From positions 1-64,000 of the forward strand of contig JBFMAF010000015.1 in the NCBI GenBank assembly GCA_040755995.1: a DNA stretch of 64,000 nucleotides. Reading direction: 5' to 3'. Positions 38,600-47,627 of this stretch are shown here, one piece after another. The first letter of the stretch is position 1. Each line of letters begins with the position of its first letter. The notes under the pieces were generated by a model that did not search any database, was not told the origin of the DNA, and saw nothing but the letters and a program-made list of their open reading frames with translations. A program made the position numbers and the translations under genes. The stretch is from Acidobacteriota bacterium. GTDB taxonomy: Bacteria; Acidobacteriota; CAIWXX01.

Positions 38600-40786
38600 C
38601 TAGGGCTGCCCCCGCCTGCCTCCGAGCGCCTGCGCAGCTTCGCTCGCGACGCGCGCGGCGCGCTCCGTCTCGCCGATCGACCGCAGGAACCGAATGACGG
38701 CGGTGAATGCCTCCGGGGTCTTGGCTCTGTGATCGTCGAAAAGAGCGACGGCCTCCTGGCGCCGGCCGGCGTCGAGGAGCAGCATGGCGAGCGTGATGCG
38801 GGCGCCGACGTTGGACGGCAGCGCCGCGAGCTCCCTGCGATACTCCTCCATGGCCTCACTCTTCTGTCCCTTCTGTTCGAGCACTCTGCCGATGTGGTAG
38901 TGGAGCGACGGGAGAAACACGCGCGGGTCGCCCTTGGCCATCTGTCTTTCCGCCCGCCTGAAGCAAACAAGCGCATCGTCGAGCCGGCCCTTCTGGTAAG
39001 CCACTATTCCCTTGACGTAGTGTGGCATGGGAAGCGCCGGGTCGAGCGCAATCGCCCGGTCCATCGCGAGGGCGGCCTGGGCGGCGTTGCCCTTCGAGAA
39101 CTGCACCTGACCCTGGAGCTCCCAGCCCTTCGCGAGGGTTGGATCCTTCTCCAGGGCCGTCTCAATATAGTGCAGGGCTTCGTCCGGCTTGTTCAGTTTC
39201 CACAGCAGCCGCGCCACGCGCACGAGGGCATAAGGGTTCCCGCTATCCAGCTCTGCCGTCCGCCTCAGCACATTCGCCGCGTCTTCTGTGCGGCCGAGCG
39301 CACTCAGGGACCTCCCGAGCTGCTCCATCACATCCACCATGTTGGGATTCTCCGCGAGAATACTCTCGAAGGCGGACGCCGCGCCCGCCTCGTCGCCTTT
39401 GCGATGCAGCTGCAGTCCCAGGCGGAACTTCTCGATCAGGTGGATCTTGTCCTTCGGATCCGGCTTCTGTGCGTTTTCGGGCAGCTGGGTGGAGACCACG
39501 CCGATGTAGCCCAGAGCCTGCAACTTCTCGAGCTCTTCTTCGGATATCTCGGCCGGCGCCTCGACCGAGCGACTTGCAAGAGTCTGGTCGATCTCGTATC
39601 GGTACTGGCCGGCAGTTGTCGCGAGCTTTGCGGCCAGATTCTCCTTCTCGCCCGGATCCTTCGTGAGGTCGTAGAGCTCCTCGCGCGGAGACTTGATGAA
39701 TTTGTATTGCGCGTCGGTGAGCGAGTACAGCTCGCTCCAGCCGAAGTGATACATCGGGTAGAGCGATTCCGAGTAGATGACCCGCCTGGGCCGGCTCGCG
39801 CCGATGCCGATCAACGAACTGCCCTCGAGGGCGAGCGGCGATTTGAGCGCGTAGAAGTCCAGGATCGTCGGCACGATGTCGATCAACTGCACGGGCGTCT
39901 CCACTCGCTCCCCGGCCAGCGCCCCGCCCGGGTACTTGACCAGCAGTGGCACATGGATCATCGCGTTGTAGATGAAGACTCCGTGCTCCCCCTCGCCGTG
40001 ATCTCCGAGCCCCTCGCCGTGATCCGACGTGAGTATTATCAGCGCCTGGTCGTACAGGTCGGTGTCCCGCAGGTACTGGACGAAGTCGCCGACAAGCTCG
40101 TCCACGTAGGCCACCTCGCCGTCATACGGCCGTCCGGCGTACTCCGTGCGGTACGGCTCGGGCGGCGTATACGGACTGTGAGGTTCATAGAAGTGAAGAA
40201 GCATGAAGAAGCGTTTTGCGGGCTGATCACTGCGTACCTGGTCGAGCCATGTCTCGGCGGCTGCGAGCGTGTCTTTCCCGTGACGCTGCAGCTCCCCCAT
40301 CGACACCTCGGCCTTCTCGCGTGTCATCTCGGAGTCGTAGTGCTCGAAGCCCAGTCCGATCCGAGTCTGCCCGCGTAGAACGTACGACGAAACGAAGCCC
40401 CCGGTCTGAAAGCCTTCACGTTTGAGAACGTCCGCCAGCGTCTCCTGGTTCTCGCGCACAAAGAAGCCGACGTTGTCCCGCACGCCCGTCTCGAACGGCA
40501 GCATTCCTGTCAGAATCGTGACGTGCGATGGCAGCGTCTGGGGGCAGTGTGAGTAACAGTGTTCGAAGAGAGTCGACTCCTTCGCGAGCTGGTCGATGGC
40601 CGGCGTCCGGACCCGATCATAGCCGTACGCCGGCAGATGATCCGCTCGCAGCGTGTCGATCGAGATCAGGATCACCGGCGCAGACGCGCGGGCCTTGCTG
40701 AAGTCGGGCGGCCGCCCGCACGACGCGGCACCGATCAAGAGCGTAGAGGCCACGAGCAGCTCACAACATCTCTCCAACCCACGCAT
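38600..40786 (-). CDS. Sulfatase-like hydrolase/transferase with TPRs (probable lipoprotein)
   Basis: ISIDTLRADH, TLPSH, EPHSPY, SDHGE, AASC lipobox; C-terminal TPRs. Confidence 0.88.
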   Translation of the reverse strand: MRGLERCCELLVASTLLIGAASCGRPPDFSKARASAPVILISIDTLRADHLPAYGYDRVRTPAIDQLAKESTLFEHCYSHCPQTLPSHVTILTGMLPFETGVRDNVGFFVRENQETLADVLKREGFQTGGFVSSYVLRGQTRIGLGFEHYDSEMTREKAEVSMGELQRHGKDTLAAAETWLDQVRSDQPAKRFFMLLHFYEPHSPYTPPEPYRTEYAGRPYDGEVAYVDELVGDFVQYLRDTDLYDQALIILTSDHGEGLGDHGEGEHGVFIYNAMIHVPLLVKYPGGALAGERVETPVQLIDIVPTILDFYALKSPLALEGSSLIGIGASRPRRVIYSESLYPMYHFGWSELYSLTDAQYKFIKSPREELYDLTKDPGEKENLAAKLATTAGQYRYEIDQTLASRSVEAPAEISEEELEKLQALGYIGVVSTQLPENAQKPDPKDKIHLIEKFRLGLQLHRKGDEAGAASAFESILAENPNMVDVMEQLGRSLSALGRTEDAANVLRRTAELDSGNPYALVRVARLLWKLNKPDEALHYIETALEKDPTLAKGWELQGQVQFSKGNAAQAALAMDRAIALDPALPMPHYVKGIVAYQKGRLDDALVCFRRAERQMAKGDPRVFLPSLHYHIGRVLEQKGQKSEAMEEYRRELAALPSNVGARITLAMLLLDAGRRQEAVALFDDHRAKTPEAFTAVIRFLRSIGETERAARVASEAAQALGGRRGQP

Positions 40787-40889
40787 GCGGCTCATTCTAT
40801 ACAGCGTGTCACGACTCTACAACCGATTCAACGAATCGACGAATCGGCGCAGTGTGTGTCGCGCAGTATGGTTCCAGAGGTGAGATTTC

Positions 40890-41912
40890 TCAACGCTGGT
40901 AGCGGTTCACTGCGTTTGTGTGAGCGCTCAGGTTTGCCGAGAAGACGTGTGTTCCGTCGTTCCGAGAGACGAAGTAGAGGTAGTCGGTCTTCGGCGGAAA
41001 GAGCGCCGCCTCCAGCGCCGCGGCTCCGGGGTTGCAGATCGGCCCAGGCGGGAGGCCCGGATATAGATACGTGTTATAAGGTGAAGCCATGGCAAGGTCC
41101 GACCGGTGAATTGTGCCGTCGTAGACACCCTCGATCATCATGGCATAGATCACGGTCGGGTCGCACTGAAGGAGCATGCGGCGGCTGAGACGGTTGACGA
41201 ACACGGACGCAACCAGCGGGCGTTCGCCGTCCTGCCCCGTCTCCCTCTCGATCATGGACGCCAGAATCACGGCATCGCGGAATCCCAGCGATGGCGCAGA
41301 GCGCCCGCGCAGCTCCCCGTACCTCCGAAGAAACGTGTCGACCTGCACCCTCACGATCTCGGCGGCGCCGACCCCGTGCCGGAACGCATAGGTTTCGGGG
41401 AAAAGGTACCCCTCGAGATCGCGCGCTTCTCCGTCGTGGGCACCGATCAATGACGTGTCTCGCGCCGCCGCGAGGTAGTCCGAGGCCGGGCACACACCCC
41501 CCTCATCGAGACGCGCGGCAATCTCAGCCGCCGTGAGACCCTCTGGTATCGTTACCTGGTGCAGCACCACCTCTCCCGCCTGCAGCTTGCGCAGGACCTC
41601 CACGGGTGTTGCCGGCATCCTGAACTCATACTCGCCCGCCTTGAGCGACGTCTCACCCTTCCAGCGATAGTAGAGCTCGAGGAACCTGGCGCTCTCGATC
41701 ACGCCGTTCGACTGCAGTCGACGAAAAATCGGCGGAGGGCTCATGCCCGGATCGATCATGACCACGATCACCGGCGAGCGGCCCGTGTACGGCCGCCGCG
41801 CCAGTCCTTCGACGAACCTCGGCACCAGCAACACAGCGGCAGCCGCAACCGTCAGCCCGAGAGCGAGCGCCAGCCACCGTAGCCCAAGGCGAGACCTGTT
41901 CTTCATTCTCAC
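40890..41912 (-). CDS. mltG: Endolytic transglycosylase MltG
   Basis: LEGYLFPETY, ASMIERE, LQCDPT, SPYNTY, GLPPGPI. Confidence 0.95.
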   Translation of the reverse strand: MRMKNRSRLGLRWLALALGLTVAAAAVLLVPRFVEGLARRPYTGRSPVIVVMIDPGMSPPPIFRRLQSNGVIESARFLELYYRWKGETSLKAGEYEFRMPATPVEVLRKLQAGEVVLHQVTIPEGLTAAEIAARLDEGGVCPASDYLAAARDTSLIGAHDGEARDLEGYLFPETYAFRHGVGAAEIVRVQVDTFLRRYGELRGRSAPSLGFRDAVILASMIERETGQDGERPLVASVFVNRLSRRMLLQCDPTVIYAMMIEGVYDGTIHRSDLAMASPYNTYLYPGLPPGPICNPGAAALEAALFPPKTDYLYFVSRNDGTHVFSANLSAHTNAVNRYQR

Positions 41913-41991
41913 TTCTCAGATTGCCCGCTATCAGCCGCGCACATTCTCCTCCCTCGTTTCCCTTTACCCTTTCCCCTTGTCCCTTGTACCT

Positions 41992-42408
41992 CTAACTCTT
42001 CCTGCTGTCGAGGAAGCTCTGCAGGATGAGAATGGCGCTCATTTCGTCGACAAGCTGCCGTTTGCGGCTGGCTCGTATGTTCTGCTCGCGCAGCGCAGCC
42101 TGCGCCACCACTGTAGTAAGGCGTTCGTCCCAGTACAACACCTCGATCGAGCACAGCTGACGAAGCGATTCTCCGAAGGCCTGCACCTGTTCGGCCATCC
42201 TGGACGGCGTGCCGTCCATGTTGAAGGGAAAGCCGAGAACGACCGCACCGACATCGTTCTCCTCGATGAATCGGCGCAGGGCATCGAGGTCGCGCGGGAG
42301 GCTTGTCCGCTGCATGATGCCGCGACCGGAGGCCAACGTCCGGGTCTCGTCGGAGAGGGCCAGACCGATCCGCTTCTCGCCGTAGTCGAGGCCGAGCACG
42401 CGACTCAT
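41992..42408 (-). CDS. ruvX: Holliday junction resolvase-like protein YqgF/RuvX
   Basis: LGLDYGEKRIGLALSD, WDERLTT, SAILILQSFL. Confidence 0.93.
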   Translation of the reverse strand: MSRVLGLDYGEKRIGLALSDETRTLASGRGIMQRTSLPRDLDALRRFIEENDVGAVVLGFPFNMDGTPSRMAEQVQAFGESLRQLCSIEVLYWDERLTTVVAQAALREQNIRASRKRQLVDEMSAILILQSFLDSRKS

Positions 42409-42418
42409 GACAAGCCCC

Positions 42419-44107
42419 CTAAGCACTCGCGCAGCAGCCGCGCGGATCTCCACTGAGCGACCGGAGGAGCTCGCCGGCGGAACGCGCGCGGACTCCCGCC
42501 ATCTTTCCGAGCGCGACGATCGGGGGCGGGCGGAGCCCCGCCGCGTTCAGGGCGTCGCCGTAGAAGATGTCCGCACTCGGCCCGTCGGCCACTAAACGCC
42601 CCTGCTTCATGACAATTGTCCGGTCCGCGTATTCCAGCGCCGCGCGCATCGAGTGCGTGATAATGAGGATGGTGTGCCCGGCGCGATTCAGGTCGGCCAA
42701 CAGGCCCAGGATCGCACGGCAGCCGGCGAGATCCAGTCCGGTGGTGGGTTCGTCCAGGATCAGGATACGCGGCTCCATCACGAGGACTGAGGCGACCGCG
42801 ATCCTCTGCCGGCTTCCCTTCGGCAGCGTGAACGGATCGACCTGGTCCTGGCCTGCGAGGCCCACTCTCTGGAGCACCGTGGCGACGCGCGCCCGCGTCT
42901 CCTGTTCGCTCCAGCCCATGTTGCGCGGACCGAACGCGACCTCTTCGGCGATGGTCGAAGCGAAGATCTGGTGGTCCGGGTTCTGGAACACGTAGCCGAT
43001 CTGCGATGCGAGCCAGGCAAAGCGCGCGCGGGCGAGGTCTTCTCCGGCTACTCGAACGGCGCCTCCGCGCGGGCGGAGGAGGCCGGCCATCAGCTTCGCC
43101 ATTGTCGTCTTGCCGCATCCGTTATGTCCGAGGAGCGCGACGAACTCGCCTTCCGTGATCTCGACCGAAAGGTCCTCGAACAGCGTCTTGGATCCGTACG
43201 CAAAGCTGACGCGATCGAGCGCGATCACGGCACGGGCGTTGCGCGCCACACGCGGCTCCGCACCGGAAGCGGGCGTCTCGCGCGCCGCGGGGCCGGCCGT
43301 GAGTGCTACACGCAGGTCCTGTTCGGCCATCGAGTCGAGGCCCAGTTCGGAGGCCAGCACTGCCGGCTCGAAAGGCTGAACCGAGTTCGACTCGAACAGG
43401 CCCGGCTGCATGAGCAGTTCGCGCGACCCCTCCGCCGCCACTCGTCCGGCCTGCATGATCACCAGTCGCTCGGAGTGCAGCGCCGGTTCGATCTCATGTT
43501 CCACGATGACGAGCAGGTCCGCCTGGCCTGCGATCCTCTCGTGCAACGCGAAGATCTGTTCCTTGCCCAGCGGATCGAGGTCGGTGGTAGGCTCATCCAG
43601 GATCAGCAGGCGCGGCCTCATGGAGAGGACCGAGGCGATCGCCAGTCGTTGCTTCTCGCCGCCGGAGAGTGTCGCAGGGTTCCGGTCCTCGTAGCCAGAC
43701 AGGCCGACGATATCCAGCGCCCAGCTCACGCGGCGCCGGACCTCGCCTGCCGGCACGTTCAGGTTCTCAGGCCCGAAGGCGACCTCCTTTACTACGTTGG
43801 TAGAAAATAACTGCCGCTCGAAATCCTGGAACACGAGGCCGGCCAGCGGCGCCATGCGTGCGACAGGGTGTGAGGCTGCTCTGAAACTCGCGACGGACTC
43901 CCCGGCGATTTCGATTTCGCCTTCGAGCTCACCTTCGACGGCGGTGCCGAGCAGGCCGCGGAGCGCCATGCACAGCGTCGACTTCCCGGCGCCCGTGGGG
44001 CCCATGACGAGCAAATGCTGGCCCTTACGCGCCGACAGGCTCACACCGTCCAGCGCTTTCGAGGCCGCCGCTGCATACTTGAACGAGACGTCTGCAATCC
44101 TGAGCAC
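42419..44107 (-). CDS. ECF transporter ATPase with two fused ABC domains
   Basis: GPTGAGKST and GHNGCGKTT, FQDFERQ and FQNPDHQ, LSGGEKQR, two LDEPTT. Confidence 0.9.
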   Translation of the reverse strand: MLRIADVSFKYAAAASKALDGVSLSARKGQHLLVMGPTGAGKSTLCMALRGLLGTAVEGELEGEIEIAGESVASFRAASHPVARMAPLAGLVFQDFERQLFSTNVVKEVAFGPENLNVPAGEVRRRVSWALDIVGLSGYEDRNPATLSGGEKQRLAIASVLSMRPRLLILDEPTTDLDPLGKEQIFALHERIAGQADLLVIVEHEIEPALHSERLVIMQAGRVAAEGSRELLMQPGLFESNSVQPFEPAVLASELGLDSMAEQDLRVALTAGPAARETPASGAEPRVARNARAVIALDRVSFAYGSKTLFEDLSVEITEGEFVALLGHNGCGKTTMAKLMAGLLRPRGGAVRVAGEDLARARFAWLASQIGYVFQNPDHQIFASTIAEEVAFGPRNMGWSEQETRARVATVLQRVGLAGQDQVDPFTLPKGSRQRIAVASVLVMEPRILILDEPTTGLDLAGCRAILGLLADLNRAGHTILIITHSMRAALEYADRTIVMKQGRLVADGPSADIFYGDALNAAGLRPPPIVALGKMAGVRARSAGELLRSLSGDPRGCCASA

Positions 44108-44338
44108 CTGCGTATTATATACAGCGCGTCATACACAGCGTCTACTCGTCCAAACTATTGTGGACTTATGACGCGCTGTATAGCGGTTCGCTTCGGTGTT
44201 GGACCCGTCGCCAACAGCATCCGTGCCCGTACCCGTTCGCGCACCGGAGAAGGATGGGCCGGAATCGGGTACGGGCATAACTCGAGAGCGGCGACCATGC
44301 ACAGGATTCGCTAAGCGCCGGCGCGCCCGCGAGCGGCG

Positions 44339-44367
44339 TTGACACCTCCGCGGCGGTATGGTAGCTT
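44339..44367 (+). promoter_or_regulatory. Sigma70 promoter of the STAS gene
   Basis: TTGACA-17-TAGCTT with TG extension. Confidence 0.65.
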
Positions 44368-44441
44368 TTTCAATGCTTTCAGTCTGCTGGAAAGTACCGT
44401 GAGTCATACGGGTTCTGGCATCGGAGAAAGGAGCATTGGCC

Positions 44442-44777
44442 ATGAAGATTGGGACGAGAAAGGTCGGTGAGGTTGTCATCCTGGACCTCGAGGGCAAGAT
44501 ACTCATCGGCGATGGCTGCCAGGAATTGCGCGATGCCGTGTGCAAGGCTCTGGACGAGGGGCACAACAAGATCCTGCTGAATCTGGTCGGCGTGCCCTAT
44601 ATGGACAGCACTGGTCTGGGTGAGGTGATTCGAAACTACAAGACCGTGATGGACAAGGGTGGGAAGCTCAAGCTGCTCAGTCTGACCAGCCGGATGAAGG
44701 ATCTCATGTCGATGACGAAGCTCCTCACGGTGTTCGAGGTTTTTGAAGTGGAGCAGGAGGCGCTGGCAAGCTTCTAG
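44442..44777 (+). CDS. Anti-sigma factor antagonist (STAS domain)
   Basis: ILDLEGKI, VPYMDSTGLG phospho-Ser motif; AAGGAG SD. Confidence 0.9.
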   Translation: MKIGTRKVGEVVILDLEGKILIGDGCQELRDAVCKALDEGHNKILLNLVGVPYMDSTGLGEVIRNYKTVMDKGGKLKLLSLTSRMKDLMSMTKLLTVFEVFEVEQEALASF

Positions 44778-44984
44778 TAAGCCCCGCCTGAACGAAGGTA
44801 GAAGTTCGCCTGGGCAGTAGAAAGGCGATCGTTGCGTGCCGGCAGCGGCAGCGCCTCGCACGGTGCAGCCAGGCCGGCCGAGTGCTATGCACAATCGATC
44901 CTCTAGCTTGAGGGCCGCTCGGGCCGGGCCGTGCAAAGCCCGAGGGGATGCTGGGCGACAGAGGATGTCCCGGGTGTAGTCCTC

Positions 44985-47309
44985 ATGCCAGCGGAAAAAT
45001 CCGGCAAGCAGGGCGTCCCGGAGACTCTGCGAAGCCTGCAAGTAGCGATCAGGGCTTCCAGCCTTTACACGGTCAACCACCCGACGAGCCTGAAAGCGAT
45101 CAACACGGCCATCAGCCACCTGCAGAAGTTCTTCGAAGAGAAGGATGTCATCAATATCCAGATCGCCAACTCCACGGTCTTCTGGGACAAGGCGCAGCAG
45201 GACCGTGACAACATCCACGTGAAGAACTTCGTAGCCGAGGTCTCGACCCGGAATGTCGTCGGCCTCACGTTCCAGCGGAAGCTGACGATGGATGAATTCA
45301 AGGGCTTCATGCGGGTCATCAGCCTGAAGGCGGCGAAGACCGAGGAGCTCGGCGGCATGCACAAGGCCCTGGCGGCAGAGAACATACAGAACATCAGGGT
45401 TGGTCTCTTCACGCCGGACTCCGTTGCAGGTGCTGGTGCGGGTGTTGGTGGTGGCATGGGCTTTGGTGGAGTGCCGCTGCTGCCGGAGATGGCGGCCTTC
45501 GCCAACTACTTCACGGGCAAGGAATCGGGCCTGGCCGGATTCGAGGAACGTTTCTTCCGTGAGACGGACAGCAATCCCGCCTTCATTGGACAGCTCGTCT
45601 CGCGCGCGGCGAAGGAGGTGGCGGAGGCCGAGGGCGAGCACTGGGTGGTGCACTACCTGCGTTCGCTCGAGAAGATCGCGACCGCCTTCTCGGCGAAGGT
45701 GGGCCCCGACCCTGAGGCGCTCAGGAGGGTGCTTATCCCCGTCGCGCTCTCCTTCGACCAGGACGTCAAGCACGAGCTCCTGACCCTGGGTCGGGAGTAC
45801 GCAACATCGGCCGGCGGTTCGATCTCCGAGATGTATCCCGACATCATGAGCGAGATTGTCGCCGATCGGATTCGCCACGAGTACGTGGAGGGAAAGAAGA
45901 CAGGCAACGATCTTGGAGACAGGGCCATCGAGTTGCTGAAACATCTCGAGAATTCCGAGAAGGCAGTCGGGCTGATCGAAAAGAAGCTGGTCGAATCCGG
46001 CATGGCCCCCGAACAGATCGGCGATGTGGTGGACCAAATCCACTGGAGCGAGTACACGGTCGGCCAGAAGCTGGGCCGGATCATGGCCGGTGAGAAGCCC
46101 TGGGCGCGAGACTTCGACAAGGTCCACTCCACGCTCGTCGAGCTCGTCAAGGGTGCGCAACTAGCCGAGGCCACCTCGCTCGTTCGATCCTACGTCTCGG
46201 GGCTTCGCGCTCGGGAGGAGGAGGTCAGGCGGCTGGTCGCCGAGAGGTGTACGAAGCTCCTCGACCCGTTCCGCGAGGGCCCCGAATGCGAGAAACTGGC
46301 CGACTTCCTGGGCAGCGAGCTCAGCGAGTGCCTGCGGGTGGAAACCGCCGTGCCGGCCTGCGAGGCCATGGCGGCTACCCTCGGCAGCTTCGTCCAGGAG
46401 TGCTTGAAGCAGCGGCAATTCAAGCGTGCCCGGGATCTCATCGTCGAGCTCGACGAGATGCGGCTGGGATCGGACGTCGAAGCGTGGAAGGCGGACCTGG
46501 TCAGGAAAGCATTGCGCGGAATAAGCGATACGTCGGTGATCTCGGTGCTCACGGGGGAGCTCCACGGCCCCGACGGCGCCCGTGATCCCCAGGTGGCGAA
46601 TCTGATTCGCACCTTGGGCGCAAGCATAGTCGAGCCCCTGATCAGCACACTCGGAGAGGAAAAGGACAGGAGCAAACGCGCCCGCCTGGTCGAGGCAATA
46701 ATGATCGTAGGCCAGCCCGGCGAGGACTTCATCATCTCGGCCTTGAACGATCGGAGGTGGTATCTGGTCCGCAACCTGGCGATCATGCTGGGTGAGATCG
46801 GAGGCGAAAGATCGGTTTCATCGCTGGAGAAGGTCATCTATCACAGGGATTCGCGAGTGTCGCGCGTGGTTGTGCGCGCGCTCATCAAGATCGGTTCGCC
46901 GGCGGCATACCGCGCGCTCGCGCGTGCACTGGAGATCGGCCCCGAAGATCTGCGGCTGCAAGTGATCGCCAGCTGCGCCGTTCCCGGCAATGAAGCCATC
47001 CTGCCGGGCCTCGCCGAGATCGCCAGGGCCAAGCCCCAGGCCAGCGCCGCCGACGCAGTTCGAAAAAGGGCAATCGAAGGCCTCGGCAAGATCGGATCGC
47101 CGCAAGCGGTGCCGGTTCTGGCCGACCTGCTCGAGAAGCGCTCGCTGTTCTCTATGGCCGAAGAGTCCGATACGCGGCTGGCCGCCGTTCGCGCCCTGGG
47201 CGCTATCGACTGCCCGGAGGCGCGTGAGGCACTGGCGCGCGCAGCCCACAAGGACCCAAAGGACGATGTGCGCCGCGAAGCGATGCGGTGGCTGGGCGAG
47301 GAATTCTAG
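44985..47309 (+). CDS. HEAT-repeat protein
   Basis: LYTVNHP N-terminal domain; C-terminal PBS-lyase-like HEAT repeats (DRRWYLVRN, AIEGLGKIG). Confidence 0.8.
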   Translation: MPAEKSGKQGVPETLRSLQVAIRASSLYTVNHPTSLKAINTAISHLQKFFEEKDVINIQIANSTVFWDKAQQDRDNIHVKNFVAEVSTRNVVGLTFQRKLTMDEFKGFMRVISLKAAKTEELGGMHKALAAENIQNIRVGLFTPDSVAGAGAGVGGGMGFGGVPLLPEMAAFANYFTGKESGLAGFEERFFRETDSNPAFIGQLVSRAAKEVAEAEGEHWVVHYLRSLEKIATAFSAKVGPDPEALRRVLIPVALSFDQDVKHELLTLGREYATSAGGSISEMYPDIMSEIVADRIRHEYVEGKKTGNDLGDRAIELLKHLENSEKAVGLIEKKLVESGMAPEQIGDVVDQIHWSEYTVGQKLGRIMAGEKPWARDFDKVHSTLVELVKGAQLAEATSLVRSYVSGLRAREEEVRRLVAERCTKLLDPFREGPECEKLADFLGSELSECLRVETAVPACEAMAATLGSFVQECLKQRQFKRARDLIVELDEMRLGSDVEAWKADLVRKALRGISDTSVISVLTGELHGPDGARDPQVANLIRTLGASIVEPLISTLGEEKDRSKRARLVEAIMIVGQPGEDFIISALNDRRWYLVRNLAIMLGEIGGERSVSSLEKVIYHRDSRVSRVVVRALIKIGSPAAYRALARALEIGPEDLRLQVIASCAVPGNEAILPGLAEIARAKPQASAADAVRKRAIEGLGKIGSPQAVPVLADLLEKRSLFSMAEESDTRLAAVRALGAIDCPEAREALARAAHKDPKDDVRREAMRWLGEEF

Positions 47310-47415
47310 GGCAGCGATACGGCGCGTCAGACCCGCTTGACCTCGTTGAACCGGATGTGGACCTATCACGCGCTGTATGTCGCACTCGGACGGCCGGCCA
47401 CCGCGTTTCGCGATT

Positions 47416-47575
47416 GACGCGGAGACGAGAGGAGTGGGAGACGCGGAGAAGGCAGTGAATCTCCTCACCGCGTACACGTGTCACCGCTTCGTCAAGACCT
47501 TCTGAGCGCACGCGCTCGCTGGCTCCTCTCCCGCCCCTCTTTCCCGCCTCCCCGTGTCTCCGCGTCACCGCGTCC
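47416..47575. repeat. Inverted clusters of degenerate 8-bp GACGCGGA repeats between convergent genes
   Basis: GACGCGGAGAC at 47416 and GACGCGGAGA near 47440; reverse-complement units at 47548-47575. Confidence 0.6.
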
Positions 47576-47627
47576 GCCGCATTCGCGAACGAAGGCAACT
47601 GACTGGCACGCTCTATGCCGCCACTCT

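Noticed and set aside
38485..38976. N-terminal extensions in the ORF track (GWxTD, VWA, cax, CHAD, pgm, TolC, both regulators)
   Set aside because: They overlap neighbouring genes or promoters and are Arg/Pro-rich; downstream starts fit signal peptides, SD or -10 positions better
44379..46160. Long antisense ORFs (also 21646-23598, 26963-28636, 32785-34374, 38552-40378, 55297-57000)
   Set aside because: Shadows of well-supported genes on the opposite strand, expected at high GC; no recognisable motifs
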